Below the pieces are notes generated by a model that was not told the DNA's origin, ran no database searches, and saw only the letters and a program-made list of their open reading frames with translations. This document shows positions 32,677-42,721 of a stretch of 64,000 nucleotides of DNA, in pieces. Position 1 is the stretch's first letter. Every line of letters begins with the position of its first letter. The position numbers and the translations under genes were made by a program. The stretch lies in the NCBI RefSeq assembly GCF_988243305.1, contig NZ_OZ547136.1. One strand, given 5' to 3'.

Positions 32677-33939
32677 ATGATTATGTTTTTAAAAATGCAG
32701 GCTGAAAGTATGAAGAATAAATACAAATTAAATGAGTTTTTGGATGTAAAACGCCTTCAGACCCTGCAGGACAACTTTTCAAAATCAATGATGATCGCGC
32801 TCGTGGTTGTGGATGAGAATGGTATCCCGGTCACTAAGCCCAGCGGTTTTTCAGACTTCTGCATGCGTTCGCGTCTCAACCCGACACTGGCGCACCACTG
32901 TTATGAAAGCGACAACGCTGGTGGCCGGGCCGCGATGCACGCTCGCAAACCGGTGGTTTATCGCTGCCACTGCGGTTTTGTCGAATTCGCTGTCCCAATC
33001 ATGATTAACGATCATTATCTCGGTGCTTTTATTTCCGGTCAGGTAAAAGTCGAAGAAGAGAAAGAACAGAGCATTTCCTATATTCTGAATAATAATGACG
33101 TCTGGAAAGATAATCCTTGGTTAATTAATTTGCACCAGAATACACGTCGCATGCCGTATGAGCGTTTTGAGTCTACTGCCTCGACGTTACTACACGTATC
33201 GTCTTATCTGGTCGAACAAGCGCACACCAATAATATCCAACGCGAACTTCGTAAAAAGGATCTTGCACTGGCTAATGAGTTAAGAAAACGTGTAGAGATA
33301 GAACGCTCACTACATGAAGCTGAATTTAAAGCGCTCTCTTATCAGATAAATCCGCACTTTTTATTTAACGTATTAAATACCATTGGCCGGTTAGCTTTTC
33401 TTGAAGATGCGCAGCGTACCGAAACAATGGTGCACGATTTCTCTGACATGATGCGCTATTTGTTACGTAAAAATAGTCACGGCCTGATTACTCTGCGTAA
33501 TGAAATAAATTACGTCAACAACTATATGTCGATCCAAAAAGTGCGTATGAGAGACCGTTTCGATTACCTGTGCGATATCCCGGAAAAATATCTGGATGTA
33601 GTCTGCCCGTTTTTGATCCTGCAACCGCTGGTGGAAAACTTCTTTAACTACGTAGTGGAGCCAAGGGATAGCAATAGTCATCTGCTGATCCGTGCCACGG
33701 ACGATGGCCTGAACGTGATTATTGAAGTCACTGACAATGGCGACGGCATCGCACCAGATACCATTAATCGCATTTTATCAGGCGACCAAAAATTGCAAAA
33801 AGGCAGTATTGGCATTAACAACATAAAAAATAGATTGAAGTTGTTATTTGGCGAGAGCTATGGCTTGGAAATAATGAGCCCTAACAAACCCAGGATGGGT
33901 ACAACCATTAAACTTCGGTTCCCAATGCAGGAAGCCTGA
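32677..33939 (+). CDS. Sensor histidine kinase with N-terminal PocR ligand-binding domain
   Basis: 420-aa ORF; PocR-like N-terminus, His-kinase region ([11 protein letters not shown]) and HATPase_c; start may be at 32695 or 32710. Confidence 0.8.
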   Translation: MIMFLKMQAESMKNKYKLNEFLDVKRLQTLQDNFSKSMMIALVVVDENGIPVTKPSGFSDFCMRSRLNPTLAHHCYESDNAGGRAAMHARKPVVYRCHCGFVEFAVPIMINDHYLGAFISGQVKVEEEKEQSISYILNNNDVWKDNPWLINLHQNTRRMPYERFESTASTLLHVSSYLVEQAHTNNIQRELRKKDLALANELRKRVEIERSLHEAEFKALSYQINPHFLFNVLNTIGRLAFLEDAQRTETMVHDFSDMMRYLLRKNSHGLITLRNEINYVNNYMSIQKVRMRDRFDYLCDIPEKYLDVVCPFLILQPLVENFFNYVVEPRDSNSHLLIRATDDGLNVIIEVTDNGDGIAPDTINRILSGDQKLQKGSIGINNIKNRLKLLFGESYGLEIMSPNKPRMGTTIKLRFPMQEA

Positions 33940-33955
33940 TACAGGAAAAGGACAT

Positions 33956-35011
33956 ATGTTTACCATTGTTATCGTTGAAGATGAGCCCATCGAATTAGAA
34001 TCCCTGCGGCAGATTATCTCCCAGTGTGTGGAAAACGCTGCGATCCATGAAGCCTCAACCGGTAAAAAAGCGATTCACTTAATTGACCAACTGAGTCAAA
34101 TCGATATGATCTTAGTGGACATTAATATTCCGTTGCCGAACGGTAAACAGGTGATTGAATATCTGAAGAAAAAAAACAGCGATACTAAAATCATCGTAAT
34201 CACGGCCAATGATGACTTTGATATAGTACGCAGCATGTACAACCTTAAAGTGGATGATTATCTGCTCAAACCAGTGAAAAAATGTATCTTGACCGACACC
34301 ATCAAAAAAACCCTAGCATTCGACGAAGGAGAAAATGAAAAATCCCGCGCCCTAAAACAGAAAGTGTTCGCCATGATAGACGATTGCGATTACACCCAGT
34401 GGCACAACTTTATTTTTGACACGCTCAACGGTGCCTGTCCGGTGGATATGATAGAAGAGGATAAGCGCAAAGACGTGATCGATTTTCTGGAAATAGTTAG
34501 CCAGTATATGACCGCCAAAGGGGAAAAGTTAATGCCGACTAACCGTAAAGTCGCCGCGCTGATCAAAGACATCAACCAGTATGGCATGATGGAAAGCCGC
34601 TATTTCCGCATCATGATCAGCCTGCTGACCATTAGCGAAGAGCTGTTTGATTACGCATTAAAAGGCTATACAGGCAATATCGATTTTATCGAACGAGCGA
34701 AATTCCATATTGAGAAAAATATTCTCAGAAACTTGACGCTCGATGACGTGGCAGCAAAATCGTTTGTCAGTGCCTGCTATTTGAGCCGTACCTTTAAGAA
34801 AATTACCGGGTTCGGGTTTTCGAACTATATTGCCACGCGTAAAATTACTATCGCCAAATCGTTATTGCGGTTCAGTGACTTACAAGTAAATACCATTGCG
34901 CTGGAACTGGCATACCAGGATTCAAACTATTTTTGCCGCATCTTCAAAAAAGATACTGGCATGACCCCCTCTGATTATCGAAAAGTCGTGTCCCCGGGAA
35001 TTACACGGTGA
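33956..35011 (+). CDS. Response regulator with AraC-type HTH output domain
   Basis: 351-aa ORF; receiver domain (IVIVEDEP...LVDINIP) and C-terminal AraC HTH. Confidence 0.85.
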   Translation: MFTIVIVEDEPIELESLRQIISQCVENAAIHEASTGKKAIHLIDQLSQIDMILVDINIPLPNGKQVIEYLKKKNSDTKIIVITANDDFDIVRSMYNLKVDDYLLKPVKKCILTDTIKKTLAFDEGENEKSRALKQKVFAMIDDCDYTQWHNFIFDTLNGACPVDMIEEDKRKDVIDFLEIVSQYMTAKGEKLMPTNRKVAALIKDINQYGMMESRYFRIMISLLTISEELFDYALKGYTGNIDFIERAKFHIEKNILRNLTLDDVAAKSFVSACYLSRTFKKITGFGFSNYIATRKITIAKSLLRFSDLQVNTIALELAYQDSNYFCRIFKKDTGMTPSDYRKVVSPGITR

Positions 35012-35078
35012 TGGCGTGATTTTGCATTGGCCCGATAATGAAAGCAAAATAGTCCAACACGCCCGCAAGATAGTTTAC

Positions 35079-35134
35079 GCCCACTTGTCAGGTTCCTATC
35101 CTAAGATAGGAATAAACTTCCCAAACAAGTGGGC
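35079..35134 (+). promoter_or_regulatory. Nested inverted repeat immediately upstream of the MetK-paralog start codon (candidate RNA structure or operator)
   Basis: Outer stem GCCCACTTGT/ACAAGTGGGC enclosing inner palindrome TTCCTATC-ctaa-GATAGGAA; ends 6 nt before the TTG start; no SD visible. Confidence 0.35.
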
Positions 35135-35139
35135 TCGCT

Positions 35140-36291
35140 TTGAACGATTACCTGTTTACCTCCGAATCCGTTGCCGAAGGGCATCCCGATAAAATGGCGG
35201 ACCAAATTTCTGATGCCATTTTGGATGCGATACTCCTACAGGACCCGTGGGGTAAGGTTGCCTGTGAATGCTTGGTGAAAACTGGTGCCACTATTGTTGC
35301 CGGAGAAATATCTACCCATGCCGCCGTGGATATTGAGAAGATTGTCCGCAACACCATAAAAGAGATTGGTTACGACCATTCGCGATTGGGGTTTGATGGC
35401 AATACCTGCTGTGTATTAAATATCCTTGGCAAACAGTCCGCCAATATTGCTGACGGCATTCGCGGCCACTCGATGGAAGAACTGGGGGCGGGCGATCAGG
35501 GCATCACCTTCGGTTACGCCTGTGATGAAACGTCGGAACTGATGCCCGCCACGCTGGTATACGCCCATCGTCTGATGGAGCGCCAGGCGCAGTTGCGTAA
35601 ATCCCAACGGTTACCATTTTTACTCCCTGATGCCAAAAGCCAGGTTACCCTGCGCTATCAGGATAATCGTGTTCATTCAGTAGATACCGTTGTGGTGTCT
35701 ACCCAACACAGCCCTGACGTTTCTCTGGACGCGCTACGGGAAGCGGTCATCGAAGAAATTGTTAAACCTGTGATGCCTTCGCACTGGCTCACGCCACAAA
35801 CCCGCTTTCTGGTGAACCCTGCAGGCAGTTTTGTGATTGGCGGGCCGGTGGGTGACTGCGGGCTAACGGGGCGTAAAATTATTGTTGATACCTATGGCGG
35901 CGCGGCTTGCCATGGCGGCGGCGCGTTTTCAGGCAAAGATCCGTCGAAAGTCGATCGTTCCGCCGCCTACGCTGCTCGCTATGTGGCGAAAAACATCGTC
36001 GCCGCTGGGCTTGCCTCACGCTGTGAAGTCCAGTTGGGATGGGCCATCGGCCTGCCCCGCCCTGTTTCCGTCAGGATTAACACCTTCGGTACACAAACAG
36101 TGTCATCTGAAGCGTTGCTGAGAGGCGTTAACAGCCATTTCGATCTTAGCGTGTTCGGCATCATTACTACGCTTGATCTGCTGGTCCCCCGCTATCGTAA
36201 AACAGCCTGCTATGGTCACTTTGGTCGCGACAGCTTTCCGTGGGAAGTTACGGACAAAGCGGCGCTATTATACGAAGACGTTGGACGTTAA
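35140..36291 (+). CDS. metK: S-adenosylmethionine synthetase (MetK paralog embedded in GRM locus)
   Basis: 383-aa ORF with MetK motifs [23 protein letters not shown] start inferred from alignment to MetK N-terminus; diverges from E. coli MetK as recalled. Confidence 0.85.
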   Translation: MNDYLFTSESVAEGHPDKMADQISDAILDAILLQDPWGKVACECLVKTGATIVAGEISTHAAVDIEKIVRNTIKEIGYDHSRLGFDGNTCCVLNILGKQSANIADGIRGHSMEELGAGDQGITFGYACDETSELMPATLVYAHRLMERQAQLRKSQRLPFLLPDAKSQVTLRYQDNRVHSVDTVVVSTQHSPDVSLDALREAVIEEIVKPVMPSHWLTPQTRFLVNPAGSFVIGGPVGDCGLTGRKIIVDTYGGAACHGGGAFSGKDPSKVDRSAAYAARYVAKNIVAAGLASRCEVQLGWAIGLPRPVSVRINTFGTQTVSSEALLRGVNSHFDLSVFGIITTLDLLVPRYRKTACYGHFGRDSFPWEVTDKAALLYEDVGR

Positions 36292-36335
36292 GCCGACGAC
36301 GCGCAGCACAGTTGAATTTATTACAGGAGAAATTT

Positions 36336-36881
36336 ATGTCTGGGAAAAGTTTAGGCTTAATCGAAACCGTCGGGATGTCTGCGGCGGTAGAAGCCGCCGA
36401 TGCCGCAATGAAATCCGCTAACGTTAGTCTGGTAGGCTATGAATTGACGAAAGGCGGCGGGATGGTGACCGTGAAGCTGGAAGGGGAAGTGGGCGCAATT
36501 AACGCGGCGGTAGCGGCAGCCATCAGCGCGGCAAGCCGGGTTGGCGAGGTGTATGCCCATAAGGTGATCGCCCGCACCGCGCAGCATATCGAGCAGATTA
36601 TTCACTCTAAAGTGACCGCCGGCGTCGCAGAACCTCAACCTGAAGTGCCTGCTGCACAACCGACACTGCAGGCTGAAAACGCGCCTTCACAGACATTCCC
36701 GGTGGTTAACCTTGATACGTCAATCAGCGCATCCTGTATGGATGTCACTGATGAAACGCTGAAGTCCATGGAGCAGCATCAACCGGTTAAACCCTCAATA
36801 GAAAACACTAAACCTACAAAATCTGATGTACCGCAGGAGGCAGCAAAGAAAGGTCCTCGTTCCAGCGGCAAGAAAAAATAA
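36336..36881 (+). CDS. BMC-H shell protein with long low-complexity C-terminal extension
   Basis: Start at ATG 36336 with RBS ACAGGAGA; BMC domain (MSGKSLGLIETVGMSAAVEAAD) then ~90-aa Pro/Ser/Lys-rich tail. Confidence 0.8.
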   Translation: MSGKSLGLIETVGMSAAVEAADAAMKSANVSLVGYELTKGGGMVTVKLEGEVGAINAAVAAAISAASRVGEVYAHKVIARTAQHIEQIIHSKVTAGVAEPQPEVPAAQPTLQAENAPSQTFPVVNLDTSISASCMDVTDETLKSMEQHQPVKPSIENTKPTKSDVPQEAAKKGPRSSGKKK

Positions 36882-36899
36882 GTAAATTGCTATGACGCT

Positions 36900-36937
36900 G
36901 CCGCGATAACAATTTCTTTATCGCGGCATTTTTTTGC
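36900..36937 (+). terminator. Rho-independent terminator at end of GRM locus
   Basis: Hairpin GCCGCGATA...TATCGCGGC followed by ATTTTTTT, 19 bp after stop. Confidence 0.65.
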
Positions 36938-37237
36938 TTAACAGATAAAGTAAAAAACCATCTGCATAGCGGGCGGCTTTGACACGGCCCCCTGAAAGGG
37001 GGCTTAAACACTACCCTTTCAGGCCCAGTTGTATTTGTCTTTCTTCTTCCTCTTTTGCTACCTTGTTCGAAAAGGGACGCTCGTCCTCGCCCACTGTTCT
37101 GTATGCATACCTGCTCCCACTGCAAATTATATTGCTGGGCTATGTTAACAAGCCTATATGCTATTAAAAACTCATGAGCAACATATTGATAATACCATTC
37201 TTATATATCCACGCTTAAGTAAATAACTCTTACATAA

Positions 37238-37582
37238 CTAACTATTCCATCTCACTTCTTCCTTAGCGAGTTTTCGGTATGCAATAGGAGCTATACCAAA
37301 GCGGCGAGTAAATGCCCTTGTAAATGTCTGCTGAAAATCAAACTGATATTTAAAAGTGATAGTCGTGACCGATTCAGTAGTAGAACGTAGTTCTTCTGCT
37401 GCATTTATTAATATACCTACCAATAGAAATACCAATGATATGTTTAAACAATTTCTGTAAATACCATTTTGAATATCCAGCTTTTTTGCCTCAATATTTA
37501 TTGAGAGTTCTACCTCAAGATTTTCATCAATTCATTTAGCAAGCTCATTGATATCAGCGCTGTTTTTTATAGTAGCGTTCAT
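37238..37582 (-). pseudogene. MarA/SoxS-family AraC-type regulator with in-frame premature TGA codon
   Basis: Translation MNATIKNSADINELAK-stop-IDENLEV...QQTFTRAFTRRFGIAPIAYR aligns with SoxS/MarA; stop sits where homologs have Trp; start overlaps 3' end of TetR-family gene. Confidence 0.5.
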
Positions 37583-38225
37583 TTTTATCGATGCCTGTGA
37601 AGGTTGATTGGGTCAACTCCAGTACTATGCAACCCTCTCTGAAAAGGGATTTATTATCAGGTTGCAGAATGCAACTTCGCACCACCCCCGTAAACAAAGA
37701 AAAAAGCAGGAACGCCAGAGCCTCACTACGAATTTCCGAACATATTTCTCTATATAACTTACCTTTTTCGAAAATATAACATAGTAATTTCACAAAATTA
37801 TTGACATCCACCATTTTTTGTAAGAAATTTATTCTTATATCATCCGGACATTCTTCACAAAAAAACACAATATAAATTACATTCCGTAAGTGTACATTAT
37901 ATTGTAATTTAATCAGGCTACGTGATAAGCAACGATACATCGCTTTAACCGGTTCAGAAACTCTCCCATTTTTGATGGCTGTAAGCTCATCAAATAATGA
38001 TAGTGGTACCCGCTCGATGACTTGTCGCAGAAGATCTTTTTTTTCGTTGAAATACCAGTATATGGCCCCCCGAGTACAACCTGCGCGCACCGCAATCATC
38101 TCCAGTGTCGTCTTCGAAAAGCCCGTCTCACAAAAGCAGAACTCTGCCGCATCCAGGATTTGTTTGCGGGTTTCTTCCGCTGCAAATTTTGTGTGCCGCA
38201 CCACTGTTGAAATCTCCATTGACAT
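37554..38225 (-). CDS. TetR-family transcriptional regulator (AcrR/EnvR-like)
   Basis: 223-aa ORF with N-terminal TetR HTH (TRKQILDAAEFCFCETGFSKTTLEMIAVRAGCTRGAIYWYF). Confidence 0.8.
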   Translation of the reverse strand: MSMEISTVVRHTKFAAEETRKQILDAAEFCFCETGFSKTTLEMIAVRAGCTRGAIYWYFNEKKDLLRQVIERVPLSLFDELTAIKNGRVSEPVKAMYRCLSRSLIKLQYNVHLRNVIYIVFFCEECPDDIRINFLQKMVDVNNFVKLLCYIFEKGKLYREICSEIRSEALAFLLFSLFTGVVRSCILQPDNKSLFREGCIVLELTQSTFTGIDKNERYYKKQR

Positions 38226-38324
38226 CTTATTTCAGGAAATATCTCTGGGGCATTTAGTACCAACCCAACAGCCATTTACTCAGGCGCAGTATGTTGTTTA
38301 CTGCACCTGAATATTTACTCATGC

Positions 38325-39481
38325 TTATGATTGCTCAGCTTCAGTCTTATCCGATGATTTCTTATTTCTGCGGCTGAAGAACCCGGCAATTAACATATAG
38401 AAGAGAGGAATATAAAAGATTGCCAGTATCGTAGCAGTGATCATCCCTCCAACCACACCAGTACCGATGGCATGTTTACTTCCGGAACTTGCTCCAGTCG
38501 AGACAGCCAGTGGGATAACCCCCATTACAAATGCCAGCGAAGTCATAATTATCGGTCTTAACCTCACTCTCGCCGCTTCAACAGCAGCCTCTTTAATGCT
38601 TAGTCCTTCTTTCTCATGCAATTCACGAGCAAACTCCACGATAAGTATGGCATTTTTCGCAGACAGCCCTATTGTTGTTAATAAACCGACCTGGAAAAAG
38701 ACATCGTTACCAAGGCCGCGCAACAAAGTAGCACAGACAGCCCCCAGGACACCAAGCGGAACAACCAGCATGACCGAGAAAGGAATGCTCCAGCTTTCAT
38801 ACAGTGCAGCCAGACACAGAAAGACGATCAACAGTGAAAGTGCATATAGTGCAGGAGCCTGAGAACCTGAAAGTCGTTCCTCAAAAGACAAACCTGTCCA
38901 GGAAATATGGAAACCTTCGGGAAGTCTTGCCGCAATATCCTCAATTGCTTTCATTGCATCCCCGGAACTGTATCCTGGTGCCGGTTCCCCCAGGATTTCG
39001 ACAGCAGAGATACCATTATATTGCTCCAGTTTTGGTGAGCCATAAATCCATTTGCCTGTTGCAAAAGAGGCAAAGGAAACCATGTCGCCATCACTGTTAC
39101 GGACATACCATTTATCAAAATCCTGCGGTGATATACGTGAGCCGGGTTCGCCCTAAATATAGACTTTTTTCACCCGTCCACGATCGTTAAAATCATTTAC
39201 ATACATCGAACCCCAGGCTGCTGGCATTATGTTGTCGACGTCGCTCATGCTCAGTTTAAGCGCCTGAACTTTCTCGTCATCAATCAGAATCTGGAACTGA
39301 GGCTCATCGTTCATGCCGTTAGGACGAACCATGTTTAACGCTGGACTTTTCGCCGCTTCAGCAAGAAGCTGATTTCGGGCCTGGATCATTTTTTCATGGC
39401 CAGCTCCGCTACGATCCTCGAGGAACAGGTCAAACCCTGTAGCATTCCCCAGTTCTGATACGGCAGGGGGCGTTTTAAAAC
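38325..39481 (-). pseudogene. RND efflux transporter (AcrB/AcrF-like) 3' remnant, frameshifted and truncated by IS2
   Basis: 252-aa ORF matches AcrB C-terminal TM bundle; adjacent 78-aa ORF (39153-39389) matches an internal AcrB segment in another frame; 5' end replaced by IS2 at 39482. Confidence 0.75.
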
Positions 39482-39833
39482 TAGACTAGCCCCCAGAATC
39501 TCCAGACAACCAATATCACTTAAATAAGTGATAGTCTTAATACTAGTTTTTAGACTAGTCATTGGAGAACAGATGATTGATGTCTTAGGACCGGAGAAAC
39601 GCAGACGGCGTACTACACAGGAAAAGATCGCTATTGTTCAGCAGAGCTTTGAGCCGGGAATGACGGTCTCCCTTGTTGCCCGGCAACACGGTGTGGCAGC
39701 CAGCCAGTTATTTCTCTGGCGCAAGCAATACCAGGAGGGAAGTCTTACTGCTGTGGCCGCAGGAGAACAGGTCGTTCCTGCCTCTGAACTTGCTGCTGCC
39801 ATGAAGCAGATTAAAGAACTCCAGCGCCTGCTG
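39482..39833 (+). mobile_element. IS2 left-end fragment with truncated orfA (InsC-like)
   Basis: Terminal sequence TAGACTAGCCCCCAGAATCTCCAGACAACC and InsC N-terminus [26 protein letters not shown]...; homology ends near 39833. Confidence 0.8.
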
Positions 39834-40137
39834 AACAAAACGCCGGATGTCTCCCGGCTCTGAAATTAAGGCTTCGGTTATTTGCACGAAATGTTCCTTT
39901 TCAAACCCTGTTGAATTTTGTTAAGCCGGTGCAGACACACGGAAAACGCACATCAACACCGGACGGTACGATACAAACACCAGTGACTGGCGGGACGAAG
40001 GGAATGACGAATCAGTCAGGAAATGATGACAAACAGTTGGCAGACCAGAGGAGTCAGCAGAAAGATGAGCGGGAGTGTCGCCAGCATCGGGGACAGGGCT
40101 GATTTCCGCAATACCAGCGCCGGCATTGCAACACGTT

Positions 40138-40311
40138 TCATGCTGCTGCTCCTCGTGATTCCTCAATTCGCTGCTGCATCCACTGCTCCACTTCACTTTT
40201 GTACCAGCGGCTGCTGCGCCCCAGTTTGATGGGTTTAGGGAAATGACCTTCACTGATCAGCTTGTAAAACCATTTATCGGTCATACCGGTGAAACTGGTG
40301 ATGTAGTTCAT
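40138..40311 (-). CDS. AlpA-family prophage transcriptional regulator
   Basis: MNYITSFTGMTDKWFYKLISEGHFPKPIKLGRSSRWYKSEVEQW matches AlpA-type HTH pattern. Confidence 0.7.
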   Translation of the reverse strand: MNYITSFTGMTDKWFYKLISEGHFPKPIKLGRSSRWYKSEVEQWMQQRIEESRGAAA

Positions 40312-40439
40312 GTCGATCAGGGGATCGTCGGCACGCAGTAACACGCTGTCGTGGCTTGTTGTGGTCAACATGGTCAGAATGTCCTTTGTGAGATTTATGA
40401 AGTTTGTGCGAATGCAGGGAAAGATGCTGAACCGAGCTT

Positions 40440-41045
40440 TCAGAACGGTCCTGCAGATCCGGGATAGCCGGGATTACCGGCGAGGCAACGGGCTTCCGGA
40501 TCGCACACACCACGACGATCGCGGGCGAAATCACTGAACGCCCATATCAACTCTTTGAGGATGTTTTCACAGTCCGGTGAACGACTGTCCAGCACCACAT
40601 CCCGGGTGATCTGCTTCTGATACTGCTTTGCTTCACCCGGTGACGCGAAGCCCAGTACGTTGCTCCAGGCATCCAGAATCAGCCGGTCCAGTTCAGGGCC
40701 GTCGAAATACTCCTGTCTGACACACAGCACCACGTGGTATTCCGGCTTTTCAGGATGACGGGTCAGGAGCCAGCAGAGATCTCGTCCAGGTGTTGCATTC
40801 ATCAGCGCACTGACGGTTTCGATAAAGTCCATACCGAACCAGATCTTTCTGCTGCTGAAGGTACGGTCATATTCACATGGCAGACGAAGCAGGATCCGTC
40901 GTATCCGGGAGCCGGACTGCTCACGCAGCGCACGCTCAAGGACACCGATGATTTTGTTCTGATAAGACGGCCAGAAGGGTGCCAGGCTATAGTCGAAATA
41001 AGGGATAGCATTCATAAGATATGCTCCGTTATGCGCAGCCCACAA
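40440..41045 (-). CDS. YfjJ/YagK-family (inovirus Gp2-like) prophage protein, paralog 1
   Basis: 201-aa ORF with family motif EYHVVLCV; conserved leader motif upstream. Confidence 0.55.
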   Translation of the reverse strand: MWAAHNGAYLMNAIPYFDYSLAPFWPSYQNKIIGVLERALREQSGSRIRRILLRLPCEYDRTFSSRKIWFGMDFIETVSALMNATPGRDLCWLLTRHPEKPEYHVVLCVRQEYFDGPELDRLILDAWSNVLGFASPGEAKQYQKQITRDVVLDSRSPDCENILKELIWAFSDFARDRRGVCDPEARCLAGNPGYPGSAGPF

Positions 41046-41272
41046 TGCGTCCTGCCCGTGAATGAGCTGACGTGTTATAGCTTGCGGATGGGGTTGATGG
41101 AATAAGTGAAGAACCGAAGCAGAACGGGAAGATCAGGTCACCGACAAGGGACAGAACACCGGATGTGGTTAAGAGTGAATGATCTCCGTTGACTTCAGTT
41201 CACATCATTAAGCAAGGTGGTAAGGTTTTACCGACGGAATGTTTCCAGGACAGGAAGCTCAGGATTTAAGCT

Positions 41273-41839
41273 TCAGAAGTGAGGGTTACGAGGACGCCCT
41301 GCAGCAGGACGTTCAGGAACTTCATTGCAGCCGTAGGCACACAGCCCGTCTTTTTGCTCTTCTTTTGCCAGATAATGCAGGGCACCGCGAATATTATCGA
41401 TGCTTTCAGGATCGTTGTGGCGCACAGGAATGTTGATGTTGTATGTATAATGCGGCTGATATGTACAGCGGTGTGCCGAACCGCTGTTATGTGTAATAGA
41501 CCGCCAGCATTCCGTAATCCGCTCCGCAAAGGGATATATTTTTTTAACCCTCTGACGATCGATCCACAAAACCGCATGCGCATGAAAACCATGATCAGCC
41601 GTCCATTCAATCACCCAGAAGAAACCAACGATATTTTCAAATTGTTCCACCTGCTCCAGCAGCATACGCAACTGCAATTCAAGCCAGCGATGATCAGGTT
41701 GTAAGAAATCGGGCGTATCTTTCCTGTAGAAGAAATCCATCCGTAAGGCCCGCAGGCAGGAATAGCGTGCCATCATTTGATTGATGTGATTGTCAAGTAA
41801 AGCGGTAAAAAACCAGTTTGGTGTGTAAGATTTAGGCAT
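41273..41839 (-). CDS. YfjJ/YagK-family prophage protein, paralog 2
   Basis: 188-aa ORF with HAHAVLWI motif. Confidence 0.55.
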   Translation of the reverse strand: MPKSYTPNWFFTALLDNHINQMMARYSCLRALRMDFFYRKDTPDFLQPDHRWLELQLRMLLEQVEQFENIVGFFWVIEWTADHGFHAHAVLWIDRQRVKKIYPFAERITECWRSITHNSGSAHRCTYQPHYTYNINIPVRHNDPESIDNIRGALHYLAKEEQKDGLCAYGCNEVPERPAAGRPRNPHF

Positions 41840-42670
41840 GTTGATGACTCCTGAAAGTTAATGATGTTTTAAGCTCTGTGAACGAATTAATGCTTTCGCT
41901 CATAACGGTAATAACTTACAGATGGTATTTATCAGGCATGCTGTAGCAGAATGGATACGACGGGTTATTAACGATACGCAGCATTATGCAGAAAGAAATG
42001 GATTATCTGATGGTATTAGCTAAAGAGATGAGATAAACGAGGAGTAAAGAAAATACAGACTCAATAAAACATCACGAAATACTGTAAAATACGAGCTAAA
42101 ACCCCACTACCTGGAGATTAAGAAACATATTGCGACCAATCACATCATAAACTACAAACTTGCTCTCAGTGAGTCTGCAAAAACGTGTACAAGGCCAACA
42201 CATATCTGTAACCTGATAAAATCATACACTCTCATTTAATCTGTTAAAAACAACTCACTTCAAAACATGAGCGTTAACGGGTACACGGTACCAGAATAAA
42301 ATATACCATGGATGGATAATTTTCATTTTGTTTAACATACAAGATAATCAGAAACGAACAAATATAATCAGGAATTCACTCTGTTAATTTCATTGTTTAT
42401 CCTGCGCTGTTAAACATGACGAAATCATGGATACCTTATCAAAGAGTAAACATCCAGTTAATCAGTGATGACAGAAGTATTGATATTTACCAGAATAGTT
42501 AAAACACTTCAGGTCAACAACAATCATCGTTAAGTCAATACAGTTCATTATGGATAATGACTAAAATCAATTGCTGTTTCAGTGAAGACTGATAACAGGT
42601 AGATATTAGCAACAACGTAGTAAAATAACTTATCTGAGTATCGTATGAATTACAGTAGTTATGATTGAAT

Positions 42671-42721
42671 GAAGGAGAAGGTGGAGAAGGTGGAGAAGGT
42701 GGAGAAGGTGGAGAAGGTGGA
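42671..42721. repeat. Short tandem repeat, 9-bp unit GAAGGTGGA x5 plus partial copy
   Basis: Read directly from sequence in AT-rich ORF-free region; explains spurious Pro/Ser-repeat ORF on minus strand. Confidence 0.9.

Noticed and set aside
14115-39833. Interpreting the IS remnant at 14115-14470 and the IS2 fragment at 39482-39833 as two halves of one IS split by an inversion
   Set aside because: The left fragment's transposase C-terminus does not match IS2 InsD as recalled (IS2 ends ...[20 protein letters not shown]), and the orientations of the fragments do not fit a single inversion. They are more likely independent remnants.
39921-40253. 110-aa minus-strand ORF and a short hydrophobic peptide upstream of the AlpA-like gene
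   Set aside because: They overlap the AlpA-like gene or the IS2 junction in alternative frames with no homology. A Hok-like toxin was considered but the sequence does not resemble Hok.
42671-42721. Possible CRISPR array
   Set aside because: The repeat unit is only 9 bp with no intervening spacers. No 24-48 bp repeat-spacer periodicity was seen anywhere in the window.
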